A stretch of 62,339 bases of DNA, counting the filler, from Basidioascus undulatus (taxonomy: Eukaryota), in assembly GCA_000826855.1 (NCBI GenBank). It is 8 parts of 8 records of this genome, joined end to end, with 100 filler letters (N's around TTAATTAATTAA, not from the genome) between each part and the next. Parts side by side here need not be neighbours in the genome. Positions count along the whole stretch, not along the records: positions 46,862 to 54,564 come from JTLS01001507.1; positions 54,665 to 62,339 come from JTLS01001508.1; 6 more parts are not named here. One strand, 5' to 3'. A model generated the notes under the pieces. That model made no database searches, was not told the DNA's origin, and saw nothing but the letters and a program-made list of their open reading frames with translations. Each line of letters opens with the position of its first letter. Within the stretch, counting starts at the first letter, position 1. Below are positions 49,454 through 61,564 of the stretch, one piece after another. A program made the translations under genes and the position numbers.

Positions 49454-50758
49454 TGTATCAGCCGTTCGAGGGCTTCACGGTATGCACTGTTCCTTTGGAA
49501 CGTGACCCTGCTGTCGTCAGGACGGTCGAAATCGGGTTCGCCGATACAATAATGAGGGAAGGGTTAGCTGACCCAAATATGAGATTAAGACACAAGTTCT
49601 CGCGGACGGACATGCAAACAACGCCTTCAGGGCCGGTGCCGGCGCCGACCACGTGTGTAGCTTCCGGTGCAAATTCTCTTCCCTGTACCATCACCTCTCC
49701 ATCAAAACACTCTCATCACAAAACTCACCGCACTATTCTTTCGGGATTAGCTCCTCTACCGCCTCCCTTATCTATGGGATCAATGTCGACGCCGGCGCTC
49801 TCGTCGCGGTGCGTCATCTCACGCCATACTCAGTGCTTGCCGTTTGCAGTTGGCTCATGCCGGTGTTGGACAGGCCGAGATGGGTTCAGGATGCACATTG
49901 AGTATGCCCTCCCGATGCTTATGGCGCACGCGAGGGGACGGTAGGTTTGTTCCTAGGCTCCTCCGAACCCCCACCGGCGTTCAAGCTCATTGATTGTCCG
50001 GTCGATGGGGCACTCAGGAACTCTGAGAATGGGGCAAAGACTCGCAGAATTTCCTTGCCCGACTGCCGACCGACATCATCTCCATGATTCAGCAGGAGCT
50101 TCTGGATTCTGAGATCGAGAGGTGCGGTGCGTTGCGGTCCTTTCGCCGCGTCCCACTGTGGTCGCATGCGACGATGCTCATAGAGCAAACATGTGATCCT
50201 GTAGAGTTTTACCTCTTCGAAGACGGTAACGCAGAAGAGCATGCAGGCCATTATAACTCTTTCTGGCATTCGCCCAAAGACGTGCGTCCTCTGTTGTAAA
50301 CCACAGTCCCTTTCCCTTCCCTCCCCCAACATGGCGCTTCTGGTGCTGACTGCTGGACAAACCCACTCCACCGTGGCAGCTCAACGACTTCCTCCGGACG
50401 TACTTCCATCTGCACCTCCTCAACCTCCCCAGCTGGTGGAGGCGCCGGAGCAGGTATGTGGCCAGAAGTCGTCGTGATCGCCATTCAAAGTTCAGTCGAA
50501 GCTTACATCATTCGTCTCAATCGCGTTTTTCTTTCGAATCTTCAGCGAGCTCGCTTCTCGCGCTGCGTCGACGTCCTCGGGCTGCGCGACGCAGCCTGGT
50601 CGGTCAGAGCAGACGTCGAGCTCTTTCACGAAAGTCGCATGCCTGACCTGGGGCGAGTAAAAACGCACTGGGAGGAAGAAGATGCCGCAGCCGCGCTGGT
50701 TTCTGACGCATCACCTGAAAGGCGTCGGCAGGGAGGAGGAGGATCCTGGCGAGCTTGA
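49454..50758 (+). pseudogene. Probable decayed gene of unknown family
   Basis: Successive protein-like short frames (49444, 49653, 50084, 50456) on one strand, broken by stops and frameshifts. Confidence 0.25.
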
Positions 50759-51596
50759 TTGGTGAAGGGGCCTGGGTGTACTACTTTTGCTTGAGACGGT
50801 AGTTTGACCATGGCATTTTTGAACAAAGTTGCAAGTTTGGTTTCAGACACTGCCTCGAGGGACTAGTGCTGAAACTGCTGGTTTGACTATATCGCGACTA
50901 GTTTCTCCGCCCAGCGCACACGGTCGTTAGGTAGACTGAGCTACAGCACAAGGCGTGACCTGAAGTAAATTGAGATTGTGACCAAGAACCATTCGGAACA
51001 CGGGTTTTCAAGGAGCACCAGACCTGAAACGCGGATACAGCAACAAGGAAATGTGCGGTCAATGACCCACTCTTCACGTGTATAGTATGTATAGTTGGCT
51101 GCGCTACCCAATTGGAAAGTAGATTGGAACTTTGAAGCAACGTGTTTTGGTATATTTTCCAGGTGGATGTCTGTTGCCCAAACATCACTTCTGATCTCTG
51201 GCGTCGAGGGACGCAGCCTGCACGTACACTTCTTTCAGTGCTTTCAAACTCGCAGATGAAGACACATGGAATGGCATCACGATCAAGCAGCACGTTTGAC
51301 GGACAGAAACTCTGAAAACCTCGCATAATAACATCAAGAACATTTAAGCGCGCAGCGTAAGCCCATCAGGCCCGTTGCACCCAAAGCGGCTTCCACGGCT
51401 TACCCCATGTCCCTTCAATCGCAGCGGTAGCCATACGGGGCCTGACTGGGGCTTTTTGGGACTCTAATTACCCCTCAAAGTCGCAAACTCCGACACGCCT
51501 CTCTCGCAGTGGCGTAATCTTCCTCTTCCGTACCCTAACCCAGGAATAGGCTGCGCTCGATCGGAGGATTTTACTCAATGAACATTGAGTACTTTT

Positions 51597-52247
51597 TTAA
51601 GCGCTCTGATCATACTGGATTAGCCCTGTGAGACCCGATGGTGAGCTTTGGCAGGACCGTGTTGGGGGCAGATGGTCGAGGCTCGGTGGATAGTTCAGGT
51701 GGAAGTTGAGCCAGGGGGTCGCCAAAGGCTGCAAGTGAGCGTCGAACGAAGGGTGGAGCCATACGATATAGTTATAGGTTCTGTCATGTTGCTCGTCCAA
51801 AGATGCACTCCTCAGGCATTCCAAACCTCGCAAGGCGAGCCGGACTGGCGAGCCGGTCATTCAAAGAGGGTGTTTTGAGGATGTTGGTCAGGCTACGCTG
51901 CAGCACCAAGCGCATGAGGGATCGCTTGACAAGGCAAAGGATAGCGGCGACAGGCGACATGGGCAAAGGTTGTGTGATTTCTTGAAGCTCGGGAACGCGA
52001 GCGAGTGGATGAGCGAGGCGAGGGAATTGCGCCCTTCGAGCACCTCCCAAAACCGCCAAAGCTGCTTCAGCAACTTGGGAACCACCTATACGTATAGTTA
52101 CTTTTGAGCGACTGCGTGGACCGAGTGGGAGACGAGGCAGAGGGACGCGAGCGTCTTCCAGTCGCGGCTGTAAGCAAGTGGGCTAGGAGGCTCTGCGACC
52201 AGTTCAACGACATGGTAGACGATATCGAGAGGGACTGTCATGGGCAT
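51597..52247 (-). pseudogene. F-box-like pseudogene paralogous to 29157..30375
   Basis: MPMTVPLDIVYHVVELVAEPPSPLAYSRDWKTLASLCLVSHSVHAVAQK then TAA and TAG where an F-box would continue (xLY). Confidence 0.6.
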
Positions 52248-54008
52248 CTTGTTGAGTTTTGGTCGAAGATGGTGGGCTTTGGGGACCTCTCTACGGAACG
52301 GGGAGTTGTCGCTTGCAAATTTGTTTCCGCCCCTGAACTGGTTCACGGCATTATGGTTAAGCTCGACTGCCCCTAAAGCCAGGAAACCTCAGTTGCTCCA
52401 GCCTAACCATGTTTACCTACAAAAATGCACGACTATAGTACTGTCAAGACGGATGTCAAGTGTTCAACAGTCGCACGTTTGCGCTTCCACAGCACAGCTC
52501 TAGGCGAATATCTGGACACAAGCTCCGTTAAGCGTGTACTGTTCCGAAGAAAACTTCTGGATGCGGGAGAGAAACATGGCAGCGGCAGGGCTCCAGGGTG
52601 CAGGACGAACCGTCGGAGGACTCAAGCCGAATTTTATCCGATCAGTTTGGACTTGCTTACCTATTCTTTGCGAACATACCCAGCATAAATATCTGAACTC
52701 TCTGCTGTAGCAACGCACTGCTCTCGCTGAAACACTAAGAGCAAACGTTAGTGCAAACCTCCAATGCATATCTCGACCGACTCTCCAAAAGTACTCATTT
52801 AAGGTGTGTCCTAGTGAATATTTATGTAAGGCATATCCAGGCAAAGACACATGTCGCAGTTGAACGTGGGCCTTCCGCTGGCGGGGTTGGCCCGAGGGGA
52901 GGGGGAAGAACACCCGCGCGAGTCCCGCCGAGAGCAGATCTGACAGCCTCCATAATTACCACCAGTGTCTGGAGGGCACGTTTTCGCCTGGCAGGATTGC
53001 TTGCCGCCGAAGGAAAGCTGGCTTTGCGTACCCACCGCGTGCGAGAGGAAAGGTCAGTTTTTAGACGACCTTAGATTTCGGGCGTGAAAAGGCATCTTTG
53101 CTGCTGAACATGTTTCTGAGCCTCAGCAAATTGCGAGTTTCGGAGCCCTTTCCATCGACCTCGGGCTACCGCAAAGGTCTGGCACTCAAAGAATTCGACC
53201 TGGTACGGGGTTGGCCTTCTGGAGCTTTGACAGATCCTCCAGGGTCGATGCGAGCTCCTGCGGACATGGCTCGTAGGCATTAATATTCCACATGAGGACT
53301 GTTGCTGATATCTCAGAAACGAAGCACCGTCAAAGGCACAGCTGAAATTGGGAAAGATAAATGCTAACCAGCATAATGCTGTTCTATAGCTCGTTCACCG
53401 AAATCAACGATCGAAGGTGACTACTTTTCAGCATCAAGTAGTCTCGAAGGCGCTGCCATCCTGATGAAGACAAAGGGCATCGCGTCCTCCCTTCGCGCGC
53501 TTGTCTTTCGGCGACGTTGATTTCTTTGGATTGACATCATCGGCTTGATGTCGCGTGCCGGATGTCACATGTGTGTGACGTGACGACGTTGACTGCGCGG
53601 TCTTCTCGCTTGCTGTCGCACACTCGTTCACCCCCTTCCTTATCGTGGGTCATCATCGAACAGCATCTTTTACGAGGTGGGTTGAGGCAAATCCAAACAA
53701 ATAATTATGGATATATTGATGGGAGTACGGCGGACTGCGTTTGTTGATTGTTCGTTGAGAGGGCACGGCGGGCGAACGGCCAACGGCCAGTGATGGGCGG
53801 CCCGCACGCACCCTTGTGCCTTTTCGCAGCAGTCTTGCGAACACGCTGCTCACACCAGGCCATCCCGCCATCCCAATCCCATCTCAACTCCTCTGATACC
53901 CATCCACATCCCCGTACACCCCCCGCAGTGTAACGACATCCCCCTGCATTTCACGAGCACACGACCGACCCCTCCCTCACTCTTCGCATCACAATCCATT
54001 CACCGCTC

Positions 54009-54564
54009 ATGGCCGACCCGACGAACAACTTGACGCCGCACGATCCGTACTTCCGCGCGCAGCGCACGCCCGAGGACGAGCGCCTGCTCGAGACGCTTCG
54101 CAGCGCGGGCGAGGGGCTTGCGGTTGCGCAGCACCCGACCGTGCTCAGGCATGGTGGGTCTTCCTTGGGTCGCAGGGAAGGGGCAGGGAAAGACAAGGGA
54201 CTCAGGGTGGGCGCAACTGGGTAGACTCGGCGAGCAAGACGGCTGAGCAACTCGCGGAGGCGCCGGTCGTTCCCTTGACGGACGAGTCGAGCATGGTCGA
54301 GGAGAATGAGCAGGAGGGGAACCCGAGCACGCATGAGCCGGCGCCTGCGGAGGAGAAGGATGAGGTGCGTTTTTTCTTCATCTCCCTATTCTTCACTAGT
54401 CACACGAGCATTTCCCTCCAAACAGCAGCCCACTTCCTCCGAGCTTACCGAGCCCGCCCTCGAGCCCGAGAAGACGTGCGACCCCTCCGTACTCGACAGC
54501 GTCCCCGCCCCCCTCGCGTTTCTCCTCGCTGCCTGCCACGCACACCCCTACATTCTCTCCACCG
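54009..54564 (+). CDS. 5' part of hypothetical acidic protein, truncated by contig edge; 2 introns
   Basis: MADPTNNLTPHDPYFRAQ...; GTGGGT...TAG and GTGCGT...CAG introns keep the frame open to the linker. Confidence 0.6.
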
Positions 54565-54664
54565 NNNNNNNNNNNNNNNNNNNNNNNNNNNNNNNNNNNN
54601 NNNNNNNNTTAATTAATTAANNNNNNNNNNNNNNNNNNNNNNNNNNNNNNNNNNNNNNNNNNNN
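54565..54664. other. Artificial contig linker
   Basis: 44N-TTAATTAATTAA-44N. Confidence 0.98.
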
Positions 54665-55164
54665 ACTCGTCTCGTAATCAACCATTGCCCCCACAAGCCC
54701 CGGGTAGCCCCCGTTGCGGTCTGCTTCGCTCTGCCGGATCCTGACACATGTTCACTGTTGAGCGAGGTTGGGCACTAAGTACTGGTGGATAACCCAGAGG
54801 ATATTGATGCTAGTCTCTCTGTACCCTTTCTCATAATCAAGTTCTGCATTGCCCGTTACATTGCAATGAATTTTGCCAACAGTTGTGGGCTCGCAGCACA
54901 TCCAGCAGCTGCTAAACCAATGTGATTTACTTGAACTGAACCTTTGCCTATTTGACTTCCAGTATGTTCCAGTCCTATAATGGCCTCAGTGGCAATGCCA
55001 AAAGGGCGCTTCAGAGGCTCTTGCTGAACTTCAACAGCCAGATGAAGCATGCTCCACATGCAGAAACTTGTGCTTACAACTTGCAATCCATCAAATGATC
55101 CAAGGATGCAATTCCAGTGTAGACAGAAGAACAGTGAACCAGTATGACAAAAGAACATAAACCC

Positions 55165-55955
55165 TTAGTTTCCATCCTCATTGCCATCACCGTTGTTGCT
55201 GTTTTCACTGCCACGTCGGCCATCGCCGTCCTCATTGTTGCGGCCATCCTTCTTGTCATCATCCTTCTGATCATTCTTGTTGTCATCCTTCTGTTTATCC
55301 TCCTTGTTACCCTCCTTGTCATCCTTCTTGTCATCCTTCTTGTCTTTCTTCTTATCACCATCCTGTTACCCTAGAGTAAGCAACCATCTTGGACTGTGCA
55401 ATGGAGGAACTGACGCTCGACTGCACCTTTTTCTTGTCCTTCTTGTCCTTCTCCTCATTTTTCTTCTCAGGCCTTTCAATGTACTTGATGACCTCGACAG
55501 GCTTCTCGACGATCTTCTCCTTGATCACCGGCTTCTCAATGACCTTGTATACTGGCTTTTCTACAACCTTGACGATCTCCTTGGGCTTCTCCTACCGCAC
55601 ATCGTGCATTCTGTTAGTCTGTGGCTGGTTTACGGGGTAGAAGAGAGGCAAATAGAGAAAATCCGATGTACCTTATGCTCGACCTTCTTCTTCGGGTAGT
55701 GCTTGAGCTTGTGCTTGAATTTCTTGACGTGGTGCTTCGGTTTGTAGTGCTGAGACGAGGGTGTCGGTATAAGGTGCTGCGGACATTAAGTGTGAAGCCG
55801 AGTATTACCTCTTTCTTGTGATGTTCACTCATGTGGCCATCCCTCTGCACAAGGTGTCCGTTTGCGACGTGAATCCCACCAGCCCCCGGCAAGGCGGCCG
55901 CGAAAGCCGTCGTGGCGGAGAGTGAGAGGACAGAGAGGATGAGGGTGGTGCGCAT
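55165..55955 (-). CDS. Small secreted His/Lys-rich protein with (V/I)EKPV repeats and a Lys/Asp-rich tail; 3 introns
   Basis: Signal peptide MRTTLILSVLSLSATTAFAA; spliced HYKPKHHVKKFKHKLKHYPKKKVEHK-EKPKEIVKVVEKPVYKVIEKPVIKEKIVEKPVEVIKYIERP-...KKDDKKDDK...GNEDGN*. Confidence 0.85.
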
Positions 55956-56586
55956 TGTGCTGATGTAGAAGTGGGAGCGAAAAGTGATGAGTAAGTTTCT
56001 GAGGGAATACAGCTCATGTATTGGGCACTGGGCATTATATACAGCTGCAAGGGTGGACTAGGCCACGCAGCCCAGCGAGCGGGACTTGCTGGCTGCGCGG
56101 TAAGCTGGCGACTTCCTGCCAAGCACCGAACGACTCCCGCTCGAGCTTGAGGCCTCAAACTCACGCCCTTTGCACTTGGACAGCCAGTTCACCCCTAGAA
56201 GTCCAGCGCCGCAGACTAGCTGCGGTCGCTGTGGACAAACGCCTGCCACGAGCGAGCCTTGGCAGATAGACGGGATGCTGAGGGGCCACCGTCGTGCACA
56301 AGAACTTGCTGGAGGAGGTCCTGAAATTACATAGGTTAGGGAAGAATCGCACTGACGGAAGTACGAGTCGCGAAACCAAGGCGGATTGAAGCTCTCCCGG
56401 CTGGACTGCCTAGGCCGCGGCCTTCCCGTTTCCTGGGTACGTGCGAGACTGCGCTGCAAGGGTTGGCGCGCTGCTTGAAACGTACATGAATAAAAGAGCA
56501 ATCACGCTCGTCCCAACATCCTCCAACCGAGCGCGCAAGACCAGATAGCGCACTCTCGGCAACGACCCATCAATCGATCAATCATC

Positions 56587-58502
56587 TCACGCCCCCTCCT
56601 CCCCCTCCTCATCCCCAATCAGACACTCCTCCACGACCCCCCTCATCCGCTCCCTCATGACCCTCCTCCTCTCCTCGCCCCACACGGGCAGCCCCACGTT
56701 CGCCTCCTCATTCTCCACCCCCCGCCGCGCCCGCCCGTCCGTTAGGCCCGTATAGCACGCGTAGCAGAGCAGGCTGCGCGGGTCGTCCGGGTCCTCGCTT
56801 TGGGTGTGCGTCGGGGAGGGCGAGGGGGCGGATGAGGGGAGGGAGGGGTAGTGGTTCATCGCTGGGGCCGCGGGTGTAGGAGGGGCAGATGGGGAGGAGG
56901 AGGGAGGGGACGAGATGGAGATGCTTGACTTCCAGTGGTTTGCGAGGGGATGGGCGGGGCTGCGGTGGCGGGGAGTGAAAGGTGGTTAGCCGAAAGGGAG
57001 AGAGGTGGTTGGGATGGTTTGTGGGGTGGGGAGGGGAAGGGAAGATGAAGGGAGGAGGGACGCACGACCTGCACATCGCGCACGTGCGCTGCAGCTCTTC
57101 GGGCGCGCCGCGGAAGGCGATCTTGTTCCCTGTGCGGGAGACAGTCGAGACGGTCGAGGGGAAGTTGCGCTCGAGGGAGACGATGAGCTCTGAAACACTC
57201 CATCAAGGTAAGTCCATGTCCAGAGGTTGGGCGCGGGGGAAAGGGAAGGAGGGAGTGTGAAGCGGGAGGGAGGGGCCAGGTACCTTCTGTCAAACGCTCG
57301 ATGGAAGACTTAGGGGAAGCAAAGGTGGAGAAGGTCGGGATTGTGAAGGAGTGGATGGGCGGGGAGGACCAGCGCGAGAGTAAGACGAGTTCTTTGAGAG
57401 AGGTTGTGAGGAGGGGCTGGAGGGTCCTGATGCCTGGTTGGTTATCAAAGCATGTCAAACTCAAAAGTCAAGGACAGCAGAATGCCATGGGACGCGGCAG
57501 AAGACAGCAGACGCACCATCTCTCTCATACTCGCTTTTTACCTCCCCGGCGCCCAAACTCCACCCCCTCCCCTGCGCGACGCCCGCGAGCGTGAGCACCG
57601 CCGTGCGGGTGCTGCTGGTGCCTAGGAAGAGCGTAGGCGGGGGCGAGCCCTCTGGCCACTCGACGGATTCGGCGTGCGTGCGCACGGTGTGGTGCAGGAG
57701 CGTCTGCGTGAGGTGGTGCAGGGTGTGCTCGAGGGTCGAGGGTGGGAGGGACGGGTGGAAGGGGGAGGCGGAGGCGGATGAGGATGAGGAGGTGGTGGTG
57801 GGAGTTAGAGAGGGGAGGGAGAGGGCGGTTGCGGAGGTGGAGAAGGCGGAGCGGAAGGGGACGGGGAGGTAGGTGAGTTGGGAGGACGGGTAGGCGGACA
57901 GCAGGGCGCGCAGGGTTTCGGTGGTACTTTGGCCCTGGTGGAGGAGATGTGGGTGAATGGACATTCCCAGCGTTCAAAAGACATAACTTGGATGCACCCC
58001 CGGTACTATGTCCTCCCAATCAACGTGGACGACCACCACCCTCTCCGCGACCTTCTTCTTCTCCCATCTCTCCCCGCGACTCTTCCCCCCCTTGGCGCCC
58101 TTCTCCCTCTCCTCCGCCTCCGCCTCCTTCGACGGGAACAGCGAGTCCATGAGCGACCTAAGCAGCACCATGCTGCTCTGCCCGCCGCTGACGCCGACGT
58201 AGAGCGCGGGCACAATGGGGATCGGCGGGCGGGCGTCGCTCGGGAAGGCCTGCTTGAGCGGCTTGAGCGCCTTCGCTGCGAACGCGCGCTGGAAGCACGG
58301 CTTGCAGTAGAGCGTGTGCCGCGCGAGGATGGACAGGGAAGGGGAGCGGCAACGTATGCATTGGCGGGCTTTGGGCAGGCGGCGGGCTGGGGAGATGGAT
58401 GTCAGCTCAGAGGAACCGGAGGAGGACGAGGAGCAGGTCGGACACACGAGGAGGTGCAGCTGAGCCGGGGTCGTCGGAGGCTGCCGGATTCGAGCAGGAC
58501 AT
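56587..58502 (-). CDS. NCS2: Cytoplasmic tRNA 2-thiolation protein 2 (Ncs2/Ctu2); multi-exon
   Basis: CIRC...RHTLYCKPCF; VGVSGGQSSMVLL; LFLGTSSTRTAVLTLAGVAQGRGWSL; KSSIERLTE...LERNFPSTVSTVSRTGNKI; LCYAC. Confidence 0.93.
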
Positions 58503-61500
58503 GGCAGTGGGTATCGCGAAATAAAATAAAGACGGGTCTTTGTGTTGTGCGGGAGTGAGATACAGGCAAGAGAGCAAGGGACGCAGGAGCAGAGCACGCA
58601 GTCTTCCCGGCTCGACTTTCTGCTGAGTCATCTTTGAAAGGCTGCAGCGCCAAAGTACTTTAAAATCTGGCTCGCCTCCTACTGCAAGGCTCGTTGATGC
58701 ATTGACTCAGATACAACGGAAACTTGTTGTAAAAATCGCGTACTTGAAAGGTTCACTTCCAGGCCGCAAGCGCAGGCCGCGCACGACCGAACCAGCCTTC
58801 AGATCTGACTGTAGGCGGCGGGCCGGGCCGCGACGCATCGTCTTCTTTCCTCTCGACTTCTTTGGTTGCAGCCAACGTGTCTTCCGTATGTTCTTGACTC
58901 ACCTCTCAACATGAAGGTGTGCGGTAATTGGTCATCGTCCTCGCAGAAACATGTCTACCAAGGCGCCCACACGCAAACGCCCGCGCAGAGCAACCGCGTC
59001 TGCCGACGTCGAACCAGCCCAGTCCGATGGGACCGACAAGGTTTCTGGCGAGGTCGAGTCGAGCCGCCGCAGATCGACAGGACGGGCTTCATGGTATTCC
59101 AGATGCTTGTGAGGGAGACGTGCGGATATGCGGGAGGCTTGATCACCTCCCAACCGGCAAGGAGCACGGAATTTGCGAATTTTGAGAAAGCGAAGAACCT
59201 CCTCCTTCCTCCCAGGAGTCGTCCGCGCAGAGAGGTGAGTAATGCGTCACTCCTCGTGTTCGGCAGCCAAAAATTTCACCTTGGATCTTCTTCTGCAGAA
59301 ACTTTGGTAATAAAGCGTCATAGAGGGGTGGGGTCCGGAGCCTGGTCGAGCCGTTCAGAACCATATGCATCTCGCATGCGGCTGTTGCTGTACTTGCTCT
59401 CGCAGTTTATGTCGTTTGGTTGGACTAATCCTTAGACGTATACGTTGGTGTCTCTACTTTGATATGTCCCTTTTGAGCTCTGCTTTGCATGGTGGTCCCG
59501 CGCGAGCAAGGTCGTTTCGCGCGAAACGTGCACACAGGCACTCATTTTTTTATCTTGCGCCCGAGCTCCCTCCCACCTTAAAAACGTATGCAAAGCGTGG
59601 ATGGTGGCTCTGTGTTCCTTTCATATTCCCCATTCACCCTCCGAACAAGTTCGACGCTGCTTTCGCCTTGCACCTCGCCGGCAGCGACAAGCGCCGAAGC
59701 GCACTCGCCTATGGAAGACTTCTGGGTTATTGAGGGTTATGCCGGAGAGGTTTAAGTGCTGATATTGGACTCTATAACTGTACTTTAGAAATCTTTTCGA
59801 TGCATTGGGTGGTGTAATATTGTCAGCTACCAGGACCCGGTCAAGGCGGCAGTCTACGACTTCCACTACATGCATGGCACTGATTGAGCCCAAACATGCG
59901 CATGGCCTTGTTATAAAGGCTGGTAGGTTTTAGGTAAGATTCAAGTGCAATTGCAGAAGGAACATTGTTTTGGTCCTTGCATGGCGACTCAGTTTGCTGG
60001 AAGAAGGACCTGCATGCACGACAAGCTGTCTAGACTCTATTGCAACCCCGTTTCTGAAATGGTGGTGTACGGATTTTCTGCTCACTCCTCGCGTGCACGG
60101 TGGCGGCGGTGGTGGAGATGCTGGTCGTCGCTCCCGGCCGTTCACGCAGACACTCTCCTGCCCCCAGCGTTGAATACCAGACTTTTTCTCCTTTTTCCAA
60201 CTCTACTGAGTATTAATACATCTCCTTTGCCAGTTCTCTAACACTGAGGATGATAAATGTTGATTGCGAGCCGCGACGGGTTCGCGACGGCCCATCAGTG
60301 TGCCTTTCGCTCTCGTGTCACCGCCGTGCACCGGCCTCGCCTGCTCCTCCTCCCCCATTTGCTTTTGTCCCAGCACAATAACCTTTTCTGAACAATAACG
60401 CTTGCCCCACGTCCTCTCCGTCATAAGAACTGACATAAACAACATTCGTGTCGTCGATATTCGATCAAAGGGAAGCGGAGCAGTGTTCTTTGTGTGTTGC
60501 TCATCTGCTACCACAGCTGGCCTCCCCTCTCACCACAGCTGGCCTCCCCTCTCACCGAGTCCTGTGGGTCTCTTCGAACTTTTTCATCCTCGCAATCCTT
60601 TCAACCGTCTCGTGTAGCCCAAAATCAACATCTATTCGACCAACGTCAACCCGAGCTCTCGTCTCTCGACAGCCAACAGGAAGCAGCGCTTTGGCGCGCA
60701 CCGACGTTCGACACTCTTCATCGCGTTCCAGGACTCGACGCCACGACCGACCCTTGATGCGACGCGCGCCTCATCCAGGCTCAGAGTTCTGGCCGCTCGC
60801 CGCAGGCACGACTCGACACGACGTCGACGCGACACCCCAAAAGAAAAAAAAAGCAAGAAAAAGCCTGCATACGGCACACGCCCTTCACTGCCCTCGCGCA
60901 ACCTCCGTCGACCCCCAACACCTCGCGACCTCCAGACGCTGTGAGTAGCGTTCATCATTAGCCGCCTGCGACGCAGGTGGATAAAAGCTCCAGGGGCGAG
61001 GGTGAGGAGGTGCGACAGCATCGTGCAGCATCGTGCGGCACGGTTTGGGTGCGTTGGAAATTGACCGGCTCACCGGGCACGGTCCCAGGCGCTTTGAGCG
61101 CTTCCTCCTCTCTCGAGCACTCCCTTCCGCCGAACGCTGAGCATCTTGTGCGCTCCGTTAATATCCTCATGTTGTGGTCGAAGCTTGGCTTCATCTGCGA
61201 GAAGGTCCGCAGGCGAGCGGAGGGCGAGGGCGGATTGAGGGAGCAGCGTCTTCTCTTGCAGGCTAAGCGTGTTGCATGCGCTGCCTGTCGCCCTCTCACA
61301 CGTCGCGCAACCCAAATGCTTTTACTGAGGCGCTCACTGACACATCTTAATACCCTTCGTCCGGCTTCTAGGATCACTTAGCGTCCCCCCTTCAAACGCA
61401 CCTCGCTTGCCCTTGCCCACCTGTACCCTCGCTCTCCCGACGCCGCTGCTGGAGCTGCACCACGTCAGCTGCCCAACAATCTCTTCATCCAGCCTTGCGC

Positions 61501-61564
61501 AGCCTCGTCCTGCCTCATCCGCTCCTCCTTTACCTCCATCCCCCTTTCCTCCCCCGCTCCCGAC

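Noticed and set aside
51531..51541. TACCCTAACCC telomere-like motif
   Set aside because: Fewer than two full units; chance occurrence.
55144..55699. Highly hydrophobic plus-strand ORFs resembling membrane proteins
   Set aside because: Antisense shadow of the Lys/Asp/Glu-rich secreted protein, which has the signal peptide and splice sites.
58700..61400. Several 100-190 aa ORFs between NCS2 and the last gene
   Set aside because: No coding bias, coherent splicing or motifs; likely promoter or long UTR.
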